Positions 63,049-64,000 of a stretch of DNA of 64,000 nt are shown here, piece after piece (the stretch's first letter is position 1; each line of letters begins with the position of its first letter). Origin of the DNA: an uncultured virus (IMG/VR IMGVR_UViG_3300036401_000412). Lineage: Duplodnaviria > Heunggongvirae > Uroviricota > Caudoviricetes. The stretch is from IMG/VR virus record IMGVR_UViG_3300036401_000412; one strand, written 5' to 3'. Below the pieces are notes generated by a model. The model was not told the origin of the DNA, ran no database searches, and worked only from the letters and a program-made list of their open reading frames with translations. Made by a program: the position numbers and the translations under genes.

Positions 63049-64000
63049 ATGTCTGACACCAGCAACCGCACCAACGTCGCCCGCATGCCGACGCAACAGC
63101 CGTCCAAGCTTGAGATCGATTTCCCGGCGCTGATGATGCTGAGCCTCGAAAAGGGCCTCGATCCGCAGGTCATCGTGACGATGATGCAAGGCGAGATCGA
63201 GCGGCGCCAGCGCGAGGCGCTCGATCTGGTCAAGGCGGACATCTACGGCGATATGCTGCCGGTGCTGAAAGACGGCCATAACAAGCACCTGGGCAACCGC
63301 TACAACACCATTCCGAAAATGATGGAGATGCTCCAGCCGATCCTCAAAGGTTACGGCGTGTTCGTGGGCTTCGACGTGGGCGTGCTGCCCGGTGAACCCC
63401 CGGTCGCGGACGGCTACATCCGGATCAGGATCGTGGTCAGTTATCGCGGCTATTCCGATCGCAGCAGTTACATCGATGAGCCGATCAGCCGGGGCGGCGT
63501 GCGCGGCGGCGTCACCCAGATGAACGATCAGCAGGCCATCACCAGCGCCACCACCTATGGCGCCCGCACGCTGTTGAAACTCAAATTCAACATCAGCGGC
63601 GTCGAGGATGACGACGACGCCGAGGGCGCCCGCGAGACCGCCGAGCAGCGGCGAGACCGCGAGGCGGCACAGCGCAAGACCGATGAGGAAAGTCGCCGCG
63701 CGGCCAACGCACCTGATCCCGCCACGCTGTTTCCGAGCGTCGCCAAGAATCTCGCCCGCGCGACCACCGTCGCGAATGTCGACAGCCTCGCCGCGAACGA
63801 ACAGGTGGTAAAGTTCCGCGCCTTGCAGACGCCGGCCAATCAGGCGCTGATCGACAAGATGATGGCCGATCGGCGTGACGCGTTGGTCACCGCGCGGATG
63901 ATGGACAACTATGATCAGGGGAAGGCCGTCGCTGATCTGCCGGACGATATCGACATGGAGGATAAGCAGGGCGAGACGTCGCTGGACGCGGCGGGCGCAC
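63049..64000 (+). CDS. erf: ERF-family single-strand annealing protein (runs off the window end)
   Basis: Not in the ORF track because it is truncated. Translation from 63049 gives N.HLGNRY…QAITSATTYGARTLL..FNISG.EDDDD, the ERF signature. Confidence 0.75.
   Translation, partial: MSDTSNRTNVARMPTQQPSKLEIDFPALMMLSLEKGLDPQVIVTMMQGEIERRQREALDLVKADIYGDMLPVLKDGHNKHLGNRYNTIPKMMEMLQPILKGYGVFVGFDVGVLPGEPPVADGYIRIRIVVSYRGYSDRSSYIDEPISRGGVRGGVTQMNDQQAITSATTYGARTLLKLKFNISGVEDDDDAEGARETAEQRRDREAAQRKTDEESRRAANAPDPATLFPSVAKNLARATTVANVDSLAANEQVVKFRALQTPANQALIDKMMADRRDALVTARMMDNYDQGKAVADLPDDIDMEDKQGETSLDAAGA

Noticed and set aside
1..64000. Integrase/att sites, endolysin, tRNA or rRNA genes, host genes
   Set aside because: None recognised by eye. 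Lifestyle (temperate or lytic) and prophage status cannot be decided from this window.

Overview
The whole window is phage DNA: about 64 kb of a high-GC contractile-tailed (myovirus-type) phage or prophage, truncated at both ends. A GcrA-like regulator suggests an alphaproteobacterial host. No integrase, endolysin, tRNA, rRNA or CRISPR array is visible. Bases 1-35039 (minus strand) are the late operon. It runs ParB-methyltransferase, terS, terL, portal, MuF, small membrane proteins, a GT9 glycosyltransferase, a 2946-aa repeat protein, DUF2213 protease/scaffold, major capsid, neck, DUF3383 sheath, tube, chaperone with a -1 slippery site, baseplate and the start of the tape measure. Bases 35153-46143 (plus strand) are a dense array of small early/accessory genes punctuated by a repeated promoter motif and a repeated GCACACACACAAA leader box. 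Bases 46144-61956 (minus strand) hold replication/middle genes: SF2 helicase, TOPRIM-D5 primase-helicase, ParB-like protein, VRR-NUC and RHH regulators. Bases 62026-64000 (plus strand) encode Gp157 and ERF recombination functions. The most striking item is a 1588-aa portal polyprotein carrying a NUDIX hydrolase, a kinase-like domain and an R-S-E ADP-ribosyltransferase. Each cargo block is preceded by an A-x-D motif and a duplicated WDExxxxRAxxGQF peptide, which suggests capsid-packaged, protease-released effectors. All family assignments come from motif recognition and synteny by eye; no database searches were run.
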